From a virus, in IMG/VR virus record IMGVR_UViG_3300031251_000011, positions 1-64,000 of that record: a stretch of DNA of 64,000 nt; one strand, written 5' to 3'. Each line of letters opens with the position of its first letter. The stretch's first letter is position 1. The notes under the pieces were generated by a model. That model ran no database searches, was not told the DNA's origin, and saw only the letters and a list, made by a program, of their open reading frames with translations. The translations under genes and the position numbers were made by a program. Positions 24,362 to 35,000 of the stretch are shown piece after piece.

Positions 24362-25036
24362 CTAGGCCGTTGCGGCCTGCAGCGCCTTGTCGAACAGCTC
24401 CGCGTTGGCGGCGATCTCGTCGGCGTGGTCGAGACCGTTGATGACCTTCCTCGCGTTAACGAAGTCGGTCTCGTCATCGTTGACGTACTCCTCCAGGGCG
24501 TGGCCCGTGAAATCGCCGACGTGGCTGTCGGCGCGCAGCATACCCTCGAACATGACCCACACGGCGACCGGAAGCTCAAGCGCCCGGTCCGGGGTCAGCG
24601 TGAGGTCGATCGGCGCGGAGCCCAGCACCTTCGCCAGCTCATCACCGGGCCTGGCGAGTTCCGCCGACAGCAACGTCCCCATCTTGAGGTAGTTGCTGTA
24701 GTGCGTCAGCTGCACCAGGCCGCGGCCGTAGTACGACTGCCCGGTGAGCGGGTTCGTGACCGCGTACCAGACCCCCTTGAGGCGGTTGCGGGCCTGCAGG
24801 TCCGACGTCGCGAAGGTCTCGCGCACAGGGACCATGGCAACCCCGCACTCACGGTACGGCGTGGCGAGGATGTAAGCGAGCTGCGTGACGGGCCCGACCT
24901 CGTGCAGATCAACGCGGCGCTCCCACTCGTCGAGAATCGCCTCCATCGTGTTGACCTGGCCGCTGTTGAGCCGGCCGCCGAACAGCGACTTGCAGACCCC
25001 GTCGGGGCCGTGGTAGAACTCGGCGCGGTCGATCAT
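24362..25036 (-). CDS. Endolysin, glycoside hydrolase family 19 type
   Basis: QLAYILATPYRE, PVRE, YYGRGLVQLTHYSNY, ARKVINGLD. Confidence 0.92.
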   Translation of the reverse strand: MIDRAEFYHGPDGVCKSLFGGRLNSGQVNTMEAILDEWERRVDLHEVGPVTQLAYILATPYRECGVAMVPVRETFATSDLQARNRLKGVWYAVTNPLTGQSYYGRGLVQLTHYSNYLKMGTLLSAELARPGDELAKVLGSAPIDLTLTPDRALELPVAVWVMFEGMLRADSHVGDFTGHALEEYVNDDETDFVNARKVINGLDHADEIAANAELFDKALQAATA

Positions 25037-25037
25037 G

Positions 25038-25529
25038 TCACTTGCCTCCTCTGAACGCGTTGAACTGAAGTTCCTTGATGTCCTTGGTCTGCTGCTCGTC
25101 GGAGCGCGAGAGAGCGTCGAGGCGGTTGGCCTGCGCGTCGAACCTGCTGTTGAAGAACTGGCTGAGCGACGGTATCTGGAACGTCACGATGGCGTTCAGC
25201 GAGTTCTTGAGATTGTTCATCTCCAGCAGCATGGCCGTGAACGCCTGCGTCTGCCTGTCCTGGGCAACACCCTGCGTCCTGACCGCCTCGCGCAGGTCGT
25301 TCCAGATGAGACCGCCGAGCGCCAGGATACAGAGCATGAGCGTCGGTGTTATGTACGCCATGTTTAGGCGGGCGAGCAGCTTCAGCTCAGGCTTGTCGGC
25401 TGCATTGTTCATGTCACGGGAGCGGTCACGCAAGCGGTTCTCGCGCTCCGCCATGGCGTACGCCTTGACTATGTCTTCCCGCGGCATCGGACCCTCCGTT
25501 CCGCCGCCTTCGGCTGGAAGCTCTGTCAT
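25038..25529 (-). CDS. Single-TM coiled-coil protein of lysis region
   Basis: ITPTLMLCILALGGLIW hydrophobic segment followed by heptad-rich tail. Confidence 0.65.
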   Translation of the reverse strand: MTELPAEGGGTEGPMPREDIVKAYAMAERENRLRDRSRDMNNAADKPELKLLARLNMAYITPTLMLCILALGGLIWNDLREAVRTQGVAQDRQTQAFTAMLLEMNNLKNSLNAIVTFQIPSLSQFFNSRFDAQANRLDALSRSDEQQTKDIKELQFNAFRGGK

Positions 25530-25666
25530 GTTTTCGTCCCACCGCCCGTCCGGGCGGTTTCCGCTTCCGCCAGCTTGGCGTCGATGACGGCTAGCAGCTC
25601 TTTCATGCTCGGGACCTTGAGCGTCTTGAGGATCGGGGGCTCGTGTAGGCGGTGGAGAGGTTTCAT
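25526..25666 (-). CDS. Small hypothetical protein (not in ORF track)
   Basis: MKPLHRLHEPPILKTLKVPSMKELLAVIDAKLAEAETARTGGGTKT*; ATGA overlaps both sides. Confidence 0.5.
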   Translation of the reverse strand: MKPLHRLHEPPILKTLKVPSMKELLAVIDAKLAEAETARTGGGTKT

Positions 25667-26058
25667 TTGACCGCCATCAGGTTGAGCACCTGCGTCTCAA
25701 GGCGCGTGATGCGCTCGCGCGTGACGATGTCGGCCGCCGCCAGCTTCTCCGTCGCCGCGCGGCTCTCCGCGGCCAGCAGCCCCGTGGAGACCTTCAGCTC
25801 AGCGGCCAGCTTCTCCGTCGCCGCGCGGCTCTCCGAGGCCAGGCGGTCCGCCGTCGTGCGGTTCTCCACGGCCAGCACCAGGGCCGCCGTCTGCATCCCC
25901 GTGATCGTGTCCTTGCTGGTGACGACCTGCTGCGTCATGCCGCCCATCTGCTGCGCGATCCAAGCGACGTAGCCGAGCGCGGTCACGACCGCGATCACCG
26001 TGGGCAGGTTGATGACCTGGCTGCTGCCGTTTGAGCTTAACCTCAACTCGTTCGCCAT
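25663..26058 (-). CDS. Single-TM coiled-coil protein of lysis region
   Basis: INLPTVIAVVTALGYVAWIA segment; ends RITRLET; internal repeat. Confidence 0.65.
   Translation of the reverse strand: MANELRLSSNGSSQVINLPTVIAVVTALGYVAWIAQQMGGMTQQVVTSKDTITGMQTAALVLAVENRTTADRLASESRAATEKLAAELKVSTGLLAAESRAATEKLAAADIVTRERITRLETQVLNLMAVK
25739..25835. repeat. 31-bp exact direct repeat (66-bp period) inside CDS
   Basis: GCCAGCTTCTCCGTCGCCGCGCGGCTCTCCG at 25739-25769 and 25805-25835, encoding ESRAATEKLA twice. Confidence 0.9.
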
Positions 26059-26207
26059 GCTGAGCCCCCACCCAAAAGATGTTTGCTGCCACGGTGTCGC
26101 AGGTCGCGCAACGCCGCCGGGCACCGGAAGACTTTCGCCCTCGGCTCCCGGCGACGGCGCCGGCGGCGGGGAGGCAGACCCGCCGCAAGCTCTTAACGGC
26201 GTTTGAG

Positions 26208-28646
26208 CTACGACCGGCCCCGAAGGTCGCGCCAGCCGCAGGTGTGGATGTAGAGAGGCTCGCCGCTGTAGCTCGGGAACCCGACGTATATCCGCGCGGA
26301 CGTGTCCGTCGGCGGACCGATGACAGAGTTCGTCGAGCTTGACCCCTGCGCCGGGTTTCCCTCGTAGTGAGACATGACGGTGGCCAGGAGCGTCGCGCTG
26401 GCTCCTGGGGCGTACTGCACGGCGGCCGTGTTGTTGTTGATGGAGTTGGCTGTTATGACCGTGAACGGCTCGACGACGATACCCACAGGAACCGACAGGG
26501 CTGTCAGCGTGGCTGGCTGGGTCCCTCCCCCTCCGGTAAGGTCCAGGATTTCCAGGCGGTAGAAGTCGTCACCGAACTGCTGGAATGCGACCCAGTGCCC
26601 TGAACCGTCCGTCTGCATGGCGCCAATGCGGCGGTACTGCGTGTAATCGGTCGGCAGGAGCGCGGGGACCACAAAGTTGAGCGACGTGATAACGTCGACG
26701 GCCCGCGTCGAGGGGTTCCGGATCAGATACGCGGCGTACCACGTGCTGTTGGCGATGGACCCCTGGTCCAGCGACCCGTTGCCGGAGCCGGCGGCCCACG
26801 CGTCCGTCGTCTTCGTGTAGGCTGCCACCAGCTGCATGATGACCGTGCTGTCGGTGTCGGCCGCCACGCCCGCCGCGATGCCGAAGACCGCCGAGCCGCC
26901 GGCCGTCGAGAGGTTCAGCCCGTCGAGGTAGCCCACCAGGTCCGTGGCCAGGTTTCCGTTCGCCGGTGGTGTGTTGTTGGAGATGCCCGTCAGCGCCACG
27001 CCGTTGGCGTAGACCACGCCCGCGGTTCCCGCCAGCGCGTTGTCCAGGTGGTTGAATGACTGGCCCGCCGTGCCGCCCGTCGCCGAGGTCGGGTACTCCC
27101 CCTGCCCCGGGTTGACGAAGAACGGGACGCCGGCCTGGCCTGCCGCGATCTCCGCCATCGACACGCCGAGCACCGCCGTGGTCTCAACCTTGACGATCGC
27201 CATCAAAGTAGTAGCGGAGTTCTGCTGGTCGTAAACCATGATCGCGGTGAAGTCGCCGCAGGTCGCCGGGGCCGTGGGCTGGTTGACAGGGGGGGAGCTG
27301 CCGCGGTAGAGCCCGCCGCCGCCGGAGAGGAGCCTGGGCCACAGCGAGCCCGTGGTCGCAGCCGCGGAGCCGATCGCCGTGGGCGCTGACCTGAGGTACG
27401 GAGCGGAGACGCCGAGCGACGCGTCGGGGAGACCCGCCGACAGCCAATACTGCCCTGAGGTTCCGCTGGACGCCGCGAGCGCCACGAGAGAACCGTTGAT
27501 GACCTCGGCGTCGAGAGCGAAGGTCGACGCGCTGAGGGTGGACGAGCCCATCCCGGAGGCGGAGGCGTAGGTGGCGCCCGCAGCCGTGAGACCCAGCAGG
27601 TACAGACCGTTGCCGGCGGAGCTGAAGTACGCCAGCCAGAAGTAGATGCCGTCGTTCGTGAGCTTGACCTGCGGGTAGGTTCCCGCGTTCAGCGTGTTCG
27701 CCGCGCTGAACGGTGTCCCCTGGACGACGCCCGCGTTCGTGTAGACGGCGCAGATCAGGTTGGTGCCGTTGGCTTCCGCGACCGCGAAGTAACCCGTCAT
27801 GACGCTGATCTCAAGCAGGCCGGCCACGGAGGTGCTGTCGACGCTGGTAGGTCCCGCCACGTTGACACCTCCCACCGTGAACACGGTGAAGCTCGTCCCG
27901 CCGAACGAGTTCGCTGCCATCGTGCCGCGGTAAGCGCAGACCAGGTTGCCGCTTGAGAGCTGCCCCAGCTTCAGCGTCTCGACCGCCGCCGATCCTGTGA
28001 GGGCCTGCACGGACGTGGCGCCCAGCACGGGAGAGCCGGCGTTGCTGTACGTGACCAGGTTGATCGCCGTGGCGGCGCTGCTCTGGAAGACGACGGCGAA
28101 GCCGCCGCCGCTGAGGGCGACCGCCGAGTGGTAGACGACGTTCGTCGACGCGCGCTCGGTGGCGAACGCTGAGGGGCCAGCGATCAGCGTGAGCATCGAG
28201 TCGAAGATCACGAAGCACAGGACACCGGCGCTGCGCGCGTAGACACAGCAGAAGTTCCCGTTGGACAGCTGGAACAGGATCGGCGTGTTGACCGTTGTGG
28301 CGGTAGAGTCCAGCACGGCTGACACCAGGCTCGCGCCGAGAGGGCTCCGCTTGTACGCCACCAGGCGCCCGCTTCCGTTCGTGCCCATAATGTAAACGTT
28401 GCCAAGCCTGTCGCGGGCGACAGCCTGGCGCGCGGAGCCGGTCACGGCGAACGACGCGACAGCGCTGGGAGACAGCAGCGTCTGGGCCTCGGCGTTGACC
28501 GCGTAGTCGATGGTGGCGACGGGCCACGCCTCGGAGCCGAGGCCACCGACCAGGACCAGGTCGCCCTGCGCGACAGCGGAGCTTCCCGCCGGGACCTTGA
28601 GCTGCTGGCCGTTCTTGACGAAGTTGGAAGTTCCCTGAGCGCTCAT
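26208..28646 (-). CDS. Tail fibre / receptor-binding protein with propeller-like repeats
   Basis: Repeated LSxGN/GF + hydrophobic strands; C-terminal fibre module GSGNGSLD...TWY.AYLI...YTQYRRIG; position after baseplate. Confidence 0.7.
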   Translation of the reverse strand: MSAQGTSNFVKNGQQLKVPAGSSAVAQGDLVLVGGLGSEAWPVATIDYAVNAEAQTLLSPSAVASFAVTGSARQAVARDRLGNVYIMGTNGSGRLVAYKRSPLGASLVSAVLDSTATTVNTPILFQLSNGNFCCVYARSAGVLCFVIFDSMLTLIAGPSAFATERASTNVVYHSAVALSGGGFAVVFQSSAATAINLVTYSNAGSPVLGATSVQALTGSAAVETLKLGQLSSGNLVCAYRGTMAANSFGGTSFTVFTVGGVNVAGPTSVDSTSVAGLLEISVMTGYFAVAEANGTNLICAVYTNAGVVQGTPFSAANTLNAGTYPQVKLTNDGIYFWLAYFSSAGNGLYLLGLTAAGATYASASGMGSSTLSASTFALDAEVINGSLVALAASSGTSGQYWLSAGLPDASLGVSAPYLRSAPTAIGSAAATTGSLWPRLLSGGGGLYRGSSPPVNQPTAPATCGDFTAIMVYDQQNSATTLMAIVKVETTAVLGVSMAEIAAGQAGVPFFVNPGQGEYPTSATGGTAGQSFNHLDNALAGTAGVVYANGVALTGISNNTPPANGNLATDLVGYLDGLNLSTAGGSAVFGIAAGVAADTDSTVIMQLVAAYTKTTDAWAAGSGNGSLDQGSIANSTWYAAYLIRNPSTRAVDVITSLNFVVPALLPTDYTQYRRIGAMQTDGSGHWVAFQQFGDDFYRLEILDLTGGGGTQPATLTALSVPVGIVVEPFTVITANSINNNTAAVQYAPGASATLLATVMSHYEGNPAQGSSSTNSVIGPPTDTSARIYVGFPSYSGEPLYIHTCGWRDLRGRS

Positions 28647-29803
28647 TATTCCATGCTCCAGTTTCCGGATTTCAGCGAGAACGTGACGCCCTCAAGCCAG
28701 TTGACGTCGAGCGGGAAGCTCCCGGAGAAGCCCTCCACAGTGGCGCCGTTGGGGTCGATCGTGCAGGCGTTCTTCGCGAGCGCGCCGCCCACGTCCTTGA
28801 TCGTGTAGTTGTCCCCGAGCGCGCCGCCGCTCTGGAACTGGAACGTGAAAGGGCCGCCCGTCGTGTCGACGTGGTAGACGCCCGGCGCGTAGAGGCCGGA
28901 GGAGTTCACGTAGACCGCCTGCGCCGAGAACACGACGGGTACGGGCGCCTGCGTGATGAGAAAGCCCGTTGAGCCGTCAGAGGTGATCTTGGCCGACTGA
29001 TTAGGGCGGAGAATTTGTGTGCCGGCGGCGATGCCGTTCAGCGTGGTTCCCCCCGGCGCGGTTATCGTGAGGATGGCTGTGGTGTCGACGTTCTGTTCCG
29101 TGATGCTCCAGCCGTTCTGCACCGTGCTCGCGTTGGGCAGGTGGTCTACCATCGCTGTTCCGGAGTTCGAGCGGGCCACGGTGCTTCCCGTGTTGACGGC
29201 CGTGGAGTTGAAGGTGTTCCCCGTGACGTAGGCGATGGCACTCAGCGTTGTCAGGGGGAGCCACGCGGCTCCGGCCGTGTTGCCCGTCGCGTAACACCAC
29301 CAGAAAGACAGACCCACGTAGTCCCAGCACAGCGTTGGCGCGGACGACCCCGTCGCTTGCTGGCCGGCGACGTGCCCGTTCGGGTTCCCGGCGTAGACCT
29401 GGTCGATCGACACCAGCGACCAGCCCGCGCCGCCCGTGTCGGGGTCCGTGACGTTGTCGTCGACCTTGGACACCCACCAGCCCAGCCCGCTCGCGGCAAC
29501 AAGCGCGGCTCCCATCGGGTAGCCCCCGATCTCCGCCGAGAACGACGCGTCATAGCCCACGGGTCCACCCACCCCCTGCCACCTGCTCCACTGCGTGACG
29601 AGACGCAGGATACCGTTCATGTCCTGCCCGAAGGGCGGGATGCCGCCGGAGGCCAGGGGGCGGAAGTTGTCGGGCGGGAAGCCACCCTGCATGGACGCGC
29701 GGCCCGGAACCGACGGCGCGGGGGGTATGGTGTCGACGTACTGCGGGTCCGCGTCCGACGCGAACGGGACCGGGACCAGCGCGGGGAGGTCTATGTATTT
29801 CAT
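28646..29803 (-). CDS. Tail fibre protein (baseplate-anchored)
   Basis: N-terminal GRAS...GFPP...GGIPPFGQDMNGIL...IGGYPMGA...DDNVTDPD typical of Bcep781-like fibres. Confidence 0.85.
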   Translation of the reverse strand: MKYIDLPALVPVPFASDADPQYVDTIPPAPSVPGRASMQGGFPPDNFRPLASGGIPPFGQDMNGILRLVTQWSRWQGVGGPVGYDASFSAEIGGYPMGAALVAASGLGWWVSKVDDNVTDPDTGGAGWSLVSIDQVYAGNPNGHVAGQQATGSSAPTLCWDYVGLSFWWCYATGNTAGAAWLPLTTLSAIAYVTGNTFNSTAVNTGSTVARSNSGTAMVDHLPNASTVQNGWSITEQNVDTTAILTITAPGGTTLNGIAAGTQILRPNQSAKITSDGSTGFLITQAPVPVVFSAQAVYVNSSGLYAPGVYHVDTTGGPFTFQFQSGGALGDNYTIKDVGGALAKNACTIDPNGATVEGFSGSFPLDVNWLEGVTFSLKSGNWSME

Positions 29804-29805
29804 GG

Positions 29806-30453
29806 CTAAAGCACCTGGTAGCTGACGGCCACGCCGGTCGGACGCGGCAGGACGTTTGAGCTTGTTATCAGGGCGACCTCCACCGGGGTCGGCACGAAGC
29901 CGAAGGTGTACGTCATCGTCATGTCCTGGTTGTCTACGACGTAGCACGGCCCCCGCAGCGGGAAGAGGAGCTGCAGCACGGCGTTGATGCCAGGCGTCGA
30001 GCCGAACGTTATGTTCGCGAGCGCTTTGGCCAGGATGAGCACCCTGTAGGCGCCGTCGGAAAGCTCGAAGCTCTGCGTGGGGCCGCCGCCCGCGTAGAAC
30101 GGCGACACGTTGAACGGGTCGTAGTCCGGGCCGCCCTCCTCGAAGCCGAGGAAGCGCGATGACACCGACAGCGTGCGCTTGATGACGACGATGCGGCCCC
30201 ACACGTCGAGCCCGTAGCCCTCCGCCGTGTCGATGTTCCACAGCTTGTCGTAGAACGCGTCGACGTCCGTCTTCTGTTCCATCGCCGCGGCGAAGCTGGC
30301 GATGATACCGAGGATGCGGCCGCTGTTGGCGTACTGGCTTATCACCGTGGCCTGCCAGTCGTAGAACTGGCCGCCGATGGCGAAGTCGCCGATGCCGCCC
30401 TCCCCTATGCCGCCTGACTGTTTCGGATGGGGGAAGTAGGGGAGGTCGGTCAC
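29806..30453 (-). CDS. Baseplate wedge protein (DUF2612-like)
   Basis: ISQYANS, WNIDTAEGYGLDVWGRIV, YRVLILAKALANI, LPRPTGV. Confidence 0.88.
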   Translation of the reverse strand: MTDLPYFPHPKQSGGIGEGGIGDFAIGGQFYDWQATVISQYANSGRILGIIASFAAAMEQKTDVDAFYDKLWNIDTAEGYGLDVWGRIVVIKRTLSVSSRFLGFEEGGPDYDPFNVSPFYAGGGPTQSFELSDGAYRVLILAKALANITFGSTPGINAVLQLLFPLRGPCYVVDNQDMTMTYTFGFVPTPVEVALITSSNVLPRPTGVAVSYQVL

Positions 30454-30462
30454 GTCGGCGCC

Positions 30463-30702
30463 TTACTTCTTGGGCGCTTCAGACGGTGTCTTCAGCTTGG
30501 CCACCTCGGCTTTGAGTTCGGCGTTCTCCTTGCGCTTGGCGACAAGCTCCTCGACAACCTTGTTCAAGGACTCCAAAAGGTGGCGCTGCGATCCTTGGAA
30601 GACGGTGAAGTCTTCGCCCAGCATCTTGATCGGGTCGGGAGCCTCCTGCGCGAATGCCGGGGACGTGACGAGCAGCGCGATGGCGAATGCGATCTTTTTC
30701 AT
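30463..30702 (-). CDS. Small exported coiled-coil protein
   Basis: Signal peptide MKKIAFAIALLVTSPAFA-QE; C-terminal heptads ENAELKAEVAKLK. Confidence 0.75.
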   Translation of the reverse strand: MKKIAFAIALLVTSPAFAQEAPDPIKMLGEDFTVFQGSQRHLLESLNKVVEELVAKRKENAELKAEVAKLKTPSEAPKK

Positions 30703-30726
30703 AACTTGGTTCCTGCCTCTTGAGTT

Positions 30727-32094
30727 TTAAGGTATGCAGCCGCTCGGCTCCCCGTTGAGCAGAACCATCCCGGTGATCGGTGGGATGGTTATGACCCCGG
30801 TGAAGCGCGTGCAGTCGCTGCGGTGGTACACGCTCGCCCCTAGGTCGTAGGTGCGCGAGAGCGTGGTAGAAGGGTTGACGAGCGCCAGCAAACTGGCGAA
30901 CGTCCGGTAGTACACGTTTCCTGTCACCGCGTAAGCGCCGCTTGCCACGCCGTGCGTCAGGTAGAACTGCGGCCAGAACGCGGTCGGCGTGTTTTCGTTG
31001 TAGTACCCCGGCCCTCCGGCGGAACCACTGTCAAAATACATCGTCATGTAGGTGTGCGCGTTCTTCAGCAGCAGGTAGCTGGCGGCGGCGTACTCAACCA
31101 CTTCAAAATTGGTGCTCACGCCCGCCTTGGTAAACGACCCGATGGGGCAGATGGAGTTCTCGTCAACGTAGGCGTTCGGCCCGGCCCCGCCGTTCAGGCC
31201 GGTGATGAATGCGATCTTGTTGATCCAGTAGGTGCCTGTCGCTCCTGATCCGTTGTTCGGAGTGCAGGCGGACGGCTGACTGTCTCCGGTGATCCCCTGT
31301 TCGTCGTACCATATGTCGTAAGCGTTCACGAGCCGCGCCGTGTCGGTTAGATTGGCCGCGTCGTAGCTGATGTTGGCCATCGTCGATTTGCCTTGGGTGT
31401 GCGCCCAAGCCGTGACGGCCTGCCCCCAAGCCACGCGGTTGTTTATGAACGTCGCGTCGTTCTGAACGGCTCCGCTGTAAAGCTGAGTCCACGTCCCGCC
31501 GTCTGCCGTGCAGTTGGTCGTGGGAGCTATCGAGCAGATGCCCACCTCATCCCAATCGTTCCGGTCGGTGACGTTGTCGATGCTGAACGATTGGTAGCCC
31601 GCGCTCAAGATGGGCGCGTAGACGTTCGTCTCCAACCATGACTGAACGGTCACGTTGCTTATGTCGAGAGGCACCCAAGTTGTGTCCCCGAACTGGTAAG
31701 CGGGCGTCACCTGATCCGAAGTGTAGATGATCCACGTCGGATGGTTGGTTCTGAACCAAGCCAAAGGGCACCCGCCGCTGGGTACCCCGCAGGCTTTTAG
31801 AATGGTGATGCCTGTGCCGTAAGGCGATGCGTATGTCGGTACACGGTTGACCGCCGTGTACCCGCTCGAAAAAACGCTCGACGGAAGTATGAGCACGTAA
31901 CCCTGCGCCGAGTTGGGTCGGTTGTCCCAAATTATGTCGTAGGTGCTCAACTTGTTCTGATACTGCGAGAGCGTGTAATCATAGACGAACTCGCCTGCGC
32001 GTCCCACCCTCGTTGACACGTCGGCCGGGAGGGACTGCGCGAGGGAGACGCTCGTCCACAGAAGCGCAATGAGACCAAGTGTGAATTTTCCCAT
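30727..32094 (-). CDS. Exported protein, possible TIM-barrel glycoside hydrolase
   Basis: Signal peptide MGKFTLGLIALLWTSVSLA-QS; HPTW...LDISN..VQSW...GYQSFSIDN, WYDE, YYRTF..LLALVNP pattern; eight Cys. Family assignment tentative. Confidence 0.5.
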   Translation of the reverse strand: MGKFTLGLIALLWTSVSLAQSLPADVSTRVGRAGEFVYDYTLSQYQNKLSTYDIIWDNRPNSAQGYVLILPSSVFSSGYTAVNRVPTYASPYGTGITILKACGVPSGGCPLAWFRTNHPTWIIYTSDQVTPAYQFGDTTWVPLDISNVTVQSWLETNVYAPILSAGYQSFSIDNVTDRNDWDEVGICSIAPTTNCTADGGTWTQLYSGAVQNDATFINNRVAWGQAVTAWAHTQGKSTMANISYDAANLTDTARLVNAYDIWYDEQGITGDSQPSACTPNNGSGATGTYWINKIAFITGLNGGAGPNAYVDENSICPIGSFTKAGVSTNFEVVEYAAASYLLLKNAHTYMTMYFDSGSAGGPGYYNENTPTAFWPQFYLTHGVASGAYAVTGNVYYRTFASLLALVNPSTTLSRTYDLGASVYHRSDCTRFTGVITIPPITGMVLLNGEPSGCIP

Positions 32095-32097
32095 GGT

Positions 32098-35000
32098 CTA
32101 ATTCCCAATCACGGTCCACTGAACGCCGTTGTAGACGGCGAGCGCATAGGCCGCGCCGCCGAGCGCTAGAGCCGAACCGATGGCAGGCGCGGTCGCCGTG
32201 TTGACCGAGATGATCGTGCCTGTCAGAGCGGCGGCAACTATGGTGGCGTTGGGAGTGTGCACGATGCCCGTTGACACGTTCACCGCTCCGCTGCCCTTCG
32301 GCGTCAGGCTGATGCTGATGTTGCTGTCGCTGCCTGTGGCCAGCAGTTCAACCGGATTAGCGGTGACGTTGCCGTTGATCGCCCAGTAGTTGACCATTGC
32401 CCCGGCCGCACCATGCACGCCGAAGCGCGCGATGTACTGCTGGATATTGTTCGTCATTACATCGACGCCGGTTGCACCGTTCCCTGACAGTTGCATGTTC
32501 AGGTTGGTAGAGCCCTGCGCGACAATCGACGGTGTGTTGTTGGACGCCACAAGAATGTAGTTGTTGCTGCTTCCACCCGGCCCGATCTGGAAGGCGGTCT
32601 GCAGGGCGTTGACGGTCGTGCCGGTGGAGCCTTGGTTAGAGGTTTTGAAGAAGATGCTGCCGCCGTAGCCCGTGCCTTTGCCCTGCCCAGCCGCGATGGT
32701 GATGCTCGCGCCCGCGATGTTGGACGTGCCGCCCGCGAGCACGTTCTGCATGCTGATCGTCTGCGCGACGGGAGCGGTGTCCACGTCCGCCGCACCGAGC
32801 CGCAGGTTGGCAGCAGCGGCCCGTCCCAGCAGAAGGTCGGTGCTGAACAGAAGTTGTGCCGCGCCTGTCGGCAGCGTCACGGTGCTGCTGAACGCCGCCG
32901 CCCCGGTGAAGAACGAGGCCGATGACACCGTCCAAGCCGAGGCGTTGGTCAATCCGTAGTCAAGTTTCGTCACACCGCCAATCTGGAACAGTTGCTTGCC
33001 TGCACCTTTCGTGTTGAAAGTCAACCCAACATCGGTGTCGCTTCCCGCTGCAGCCAGAGTCGGTGATGCAGTGGTCAAGGCGGCCGTCAACGTGAAGTAG
33101 TTTACGCTCGAATTGCCGCTGCTGAAAAAGCGGGCGATGGTGACGTTCGTGAGGTTTGACAGAATATCGACGCCGCTAGTGCCGTTACCCGACAGTTGCA
33201 GGTTCACGTTTGTGGCACCCTGCGCGCTGACAGTCGGCGTGTCGTTGGCATCAAACCGCAGGTAGTACCCAAGCGTGCCCGGCGCTTCAAACTCCGCGAC
33301 ACGTTTGCCGCTCGCCGCTATGTTGACGACAGTAGCGGTACGAAAGTACATGCCGCTCGTCGGATCAGCCAAGGAAGAATAAGGCGGATTGCTGACACTT
33401 CCGGCCAGCAAGAGAGTGGTATTGAACATAGGGGCTGCGGGAGACCCTGTGTTGTTACCGAACACCGACGTTGCCCCGGCGCTCGTGACCGGAGCGACGC
33501 CGCAGTCCTGCACGCCTGTTGCTGTGTAACAGGCGACATTACCGGGAGTGCCGCCGAGAACGGTCGTGGCCACCGTGCTGGTCGCGGCGGGCATCGTGTA
33601 GGTGTACGCGCCGGGCATGGCGAACGTGGTGTTGTACGCGCCCGTCATCGTCAGGTTGCCGCCCAGCGTTATCAGCTTCCCGGCGACGCTGAGATTGACG
33701 GAAGCGTTGATCGTGCCGGCCACGTCCAGTTCAACGGCAGGTGCTTTCGTGAGAATGCCGATCTTGGCAGTCGAGATGGTCGAACCCGTTCCCGTCAGCC
33801 CGGTGCCGTAGATGGCGTTGCCGATGACAAGCTGGCCGTTTGCCGTGGCAGAAGCCAACGCATTGTCGAAGCCGATGGAGATGTTCTGGCTGCCGGTCGT
33901 GAGTTGATTGAGCCCCGCGCTGGATGAAGACGCACCTACAATGACGTTCTGTGCGCCTGTCGTTGCGCCGTAGCCCGCAGCATTTCCCACAAACACATTG
34001 GCTGCCGTACCAGTAGCGATACTGTAGCCCGCCTGCTTGCCAACTAGGGTATTACCTGTCGCCGTGTACGTGCCCCCGACGCCGTAGCCAGCATCGCGCC
34101 CCACCGCAACAGTATCAGTTGATGTCGTGGCGTTATAGAGCGCGTGATCTCCGACTGCGGAATTACCGGCGCCAGTTACGTTATTGATCAAGACTTGATA
34201 GCCGACGCCGGTATTCCCGGAACCGCTAGTCTGGGCCTGCATAGCGGCAAGACCAATACCAACATTTCCATCTCCAGAGACGAGAGCGTAAAGCGCGCGA
34301 CGACCAATCGCTACGACATCGTTTGCCGCCACGAGTGCCGATGCTGCGTCACTGCCAACTGCGGTATTTCGATTGCCACCGGAGACGGCATAAAGCGCAG
34401 AATTACCAAAACCAGTATTCTCGTCGCCGGTGAGTCCAGCCAGCATCGAGTGAGCGCCAACTGCGGTATTGTAGGAGCCGCTGGTATGCTGTTCCATCGT
34501 CGAGTTGCCGACCCCGACGTTAAAGATGCTGGCACCAGTCAGCGCGCCCATGCTCTGGTAGCCAATGGCAGTATTGGCGTCGCCGCCGTTCATAACTTGG
34601 AGTGCTAGCGGCCCGATGGCGATAGATGCGCTATCGTGCACTGCCGCATTAAAAGCGTTGTAACCAATGGCGATGCTCTTACAGCCGTTAGTCAGGGACG
34701 AGGCGGCATTCTTTCCGATGCCGATAATCCACAGCCCGTAACTGCCAGAGCATTCCCCATGACCGCCGGTCGACGAGGACGTGAGAGAAGGCACTATGGG
34801 AGCGAGAGCAAAACCGCTGCTGAACGTCGGCACGTCAGCGACAGTTATGTTACCGTTCTGGTACAGGTACGCGGCAAGGTTGAGCGTGCCGCTACCTTCG
34901 CTCCCGCCCGTCGGCGTGCCCAGCGTCAGGCTGGTGCCTGTGGCAGCGCCGAGGGACGGCGTCGTGAAGGATGGCGACGTCTGCATGGCGACCACGGTGC

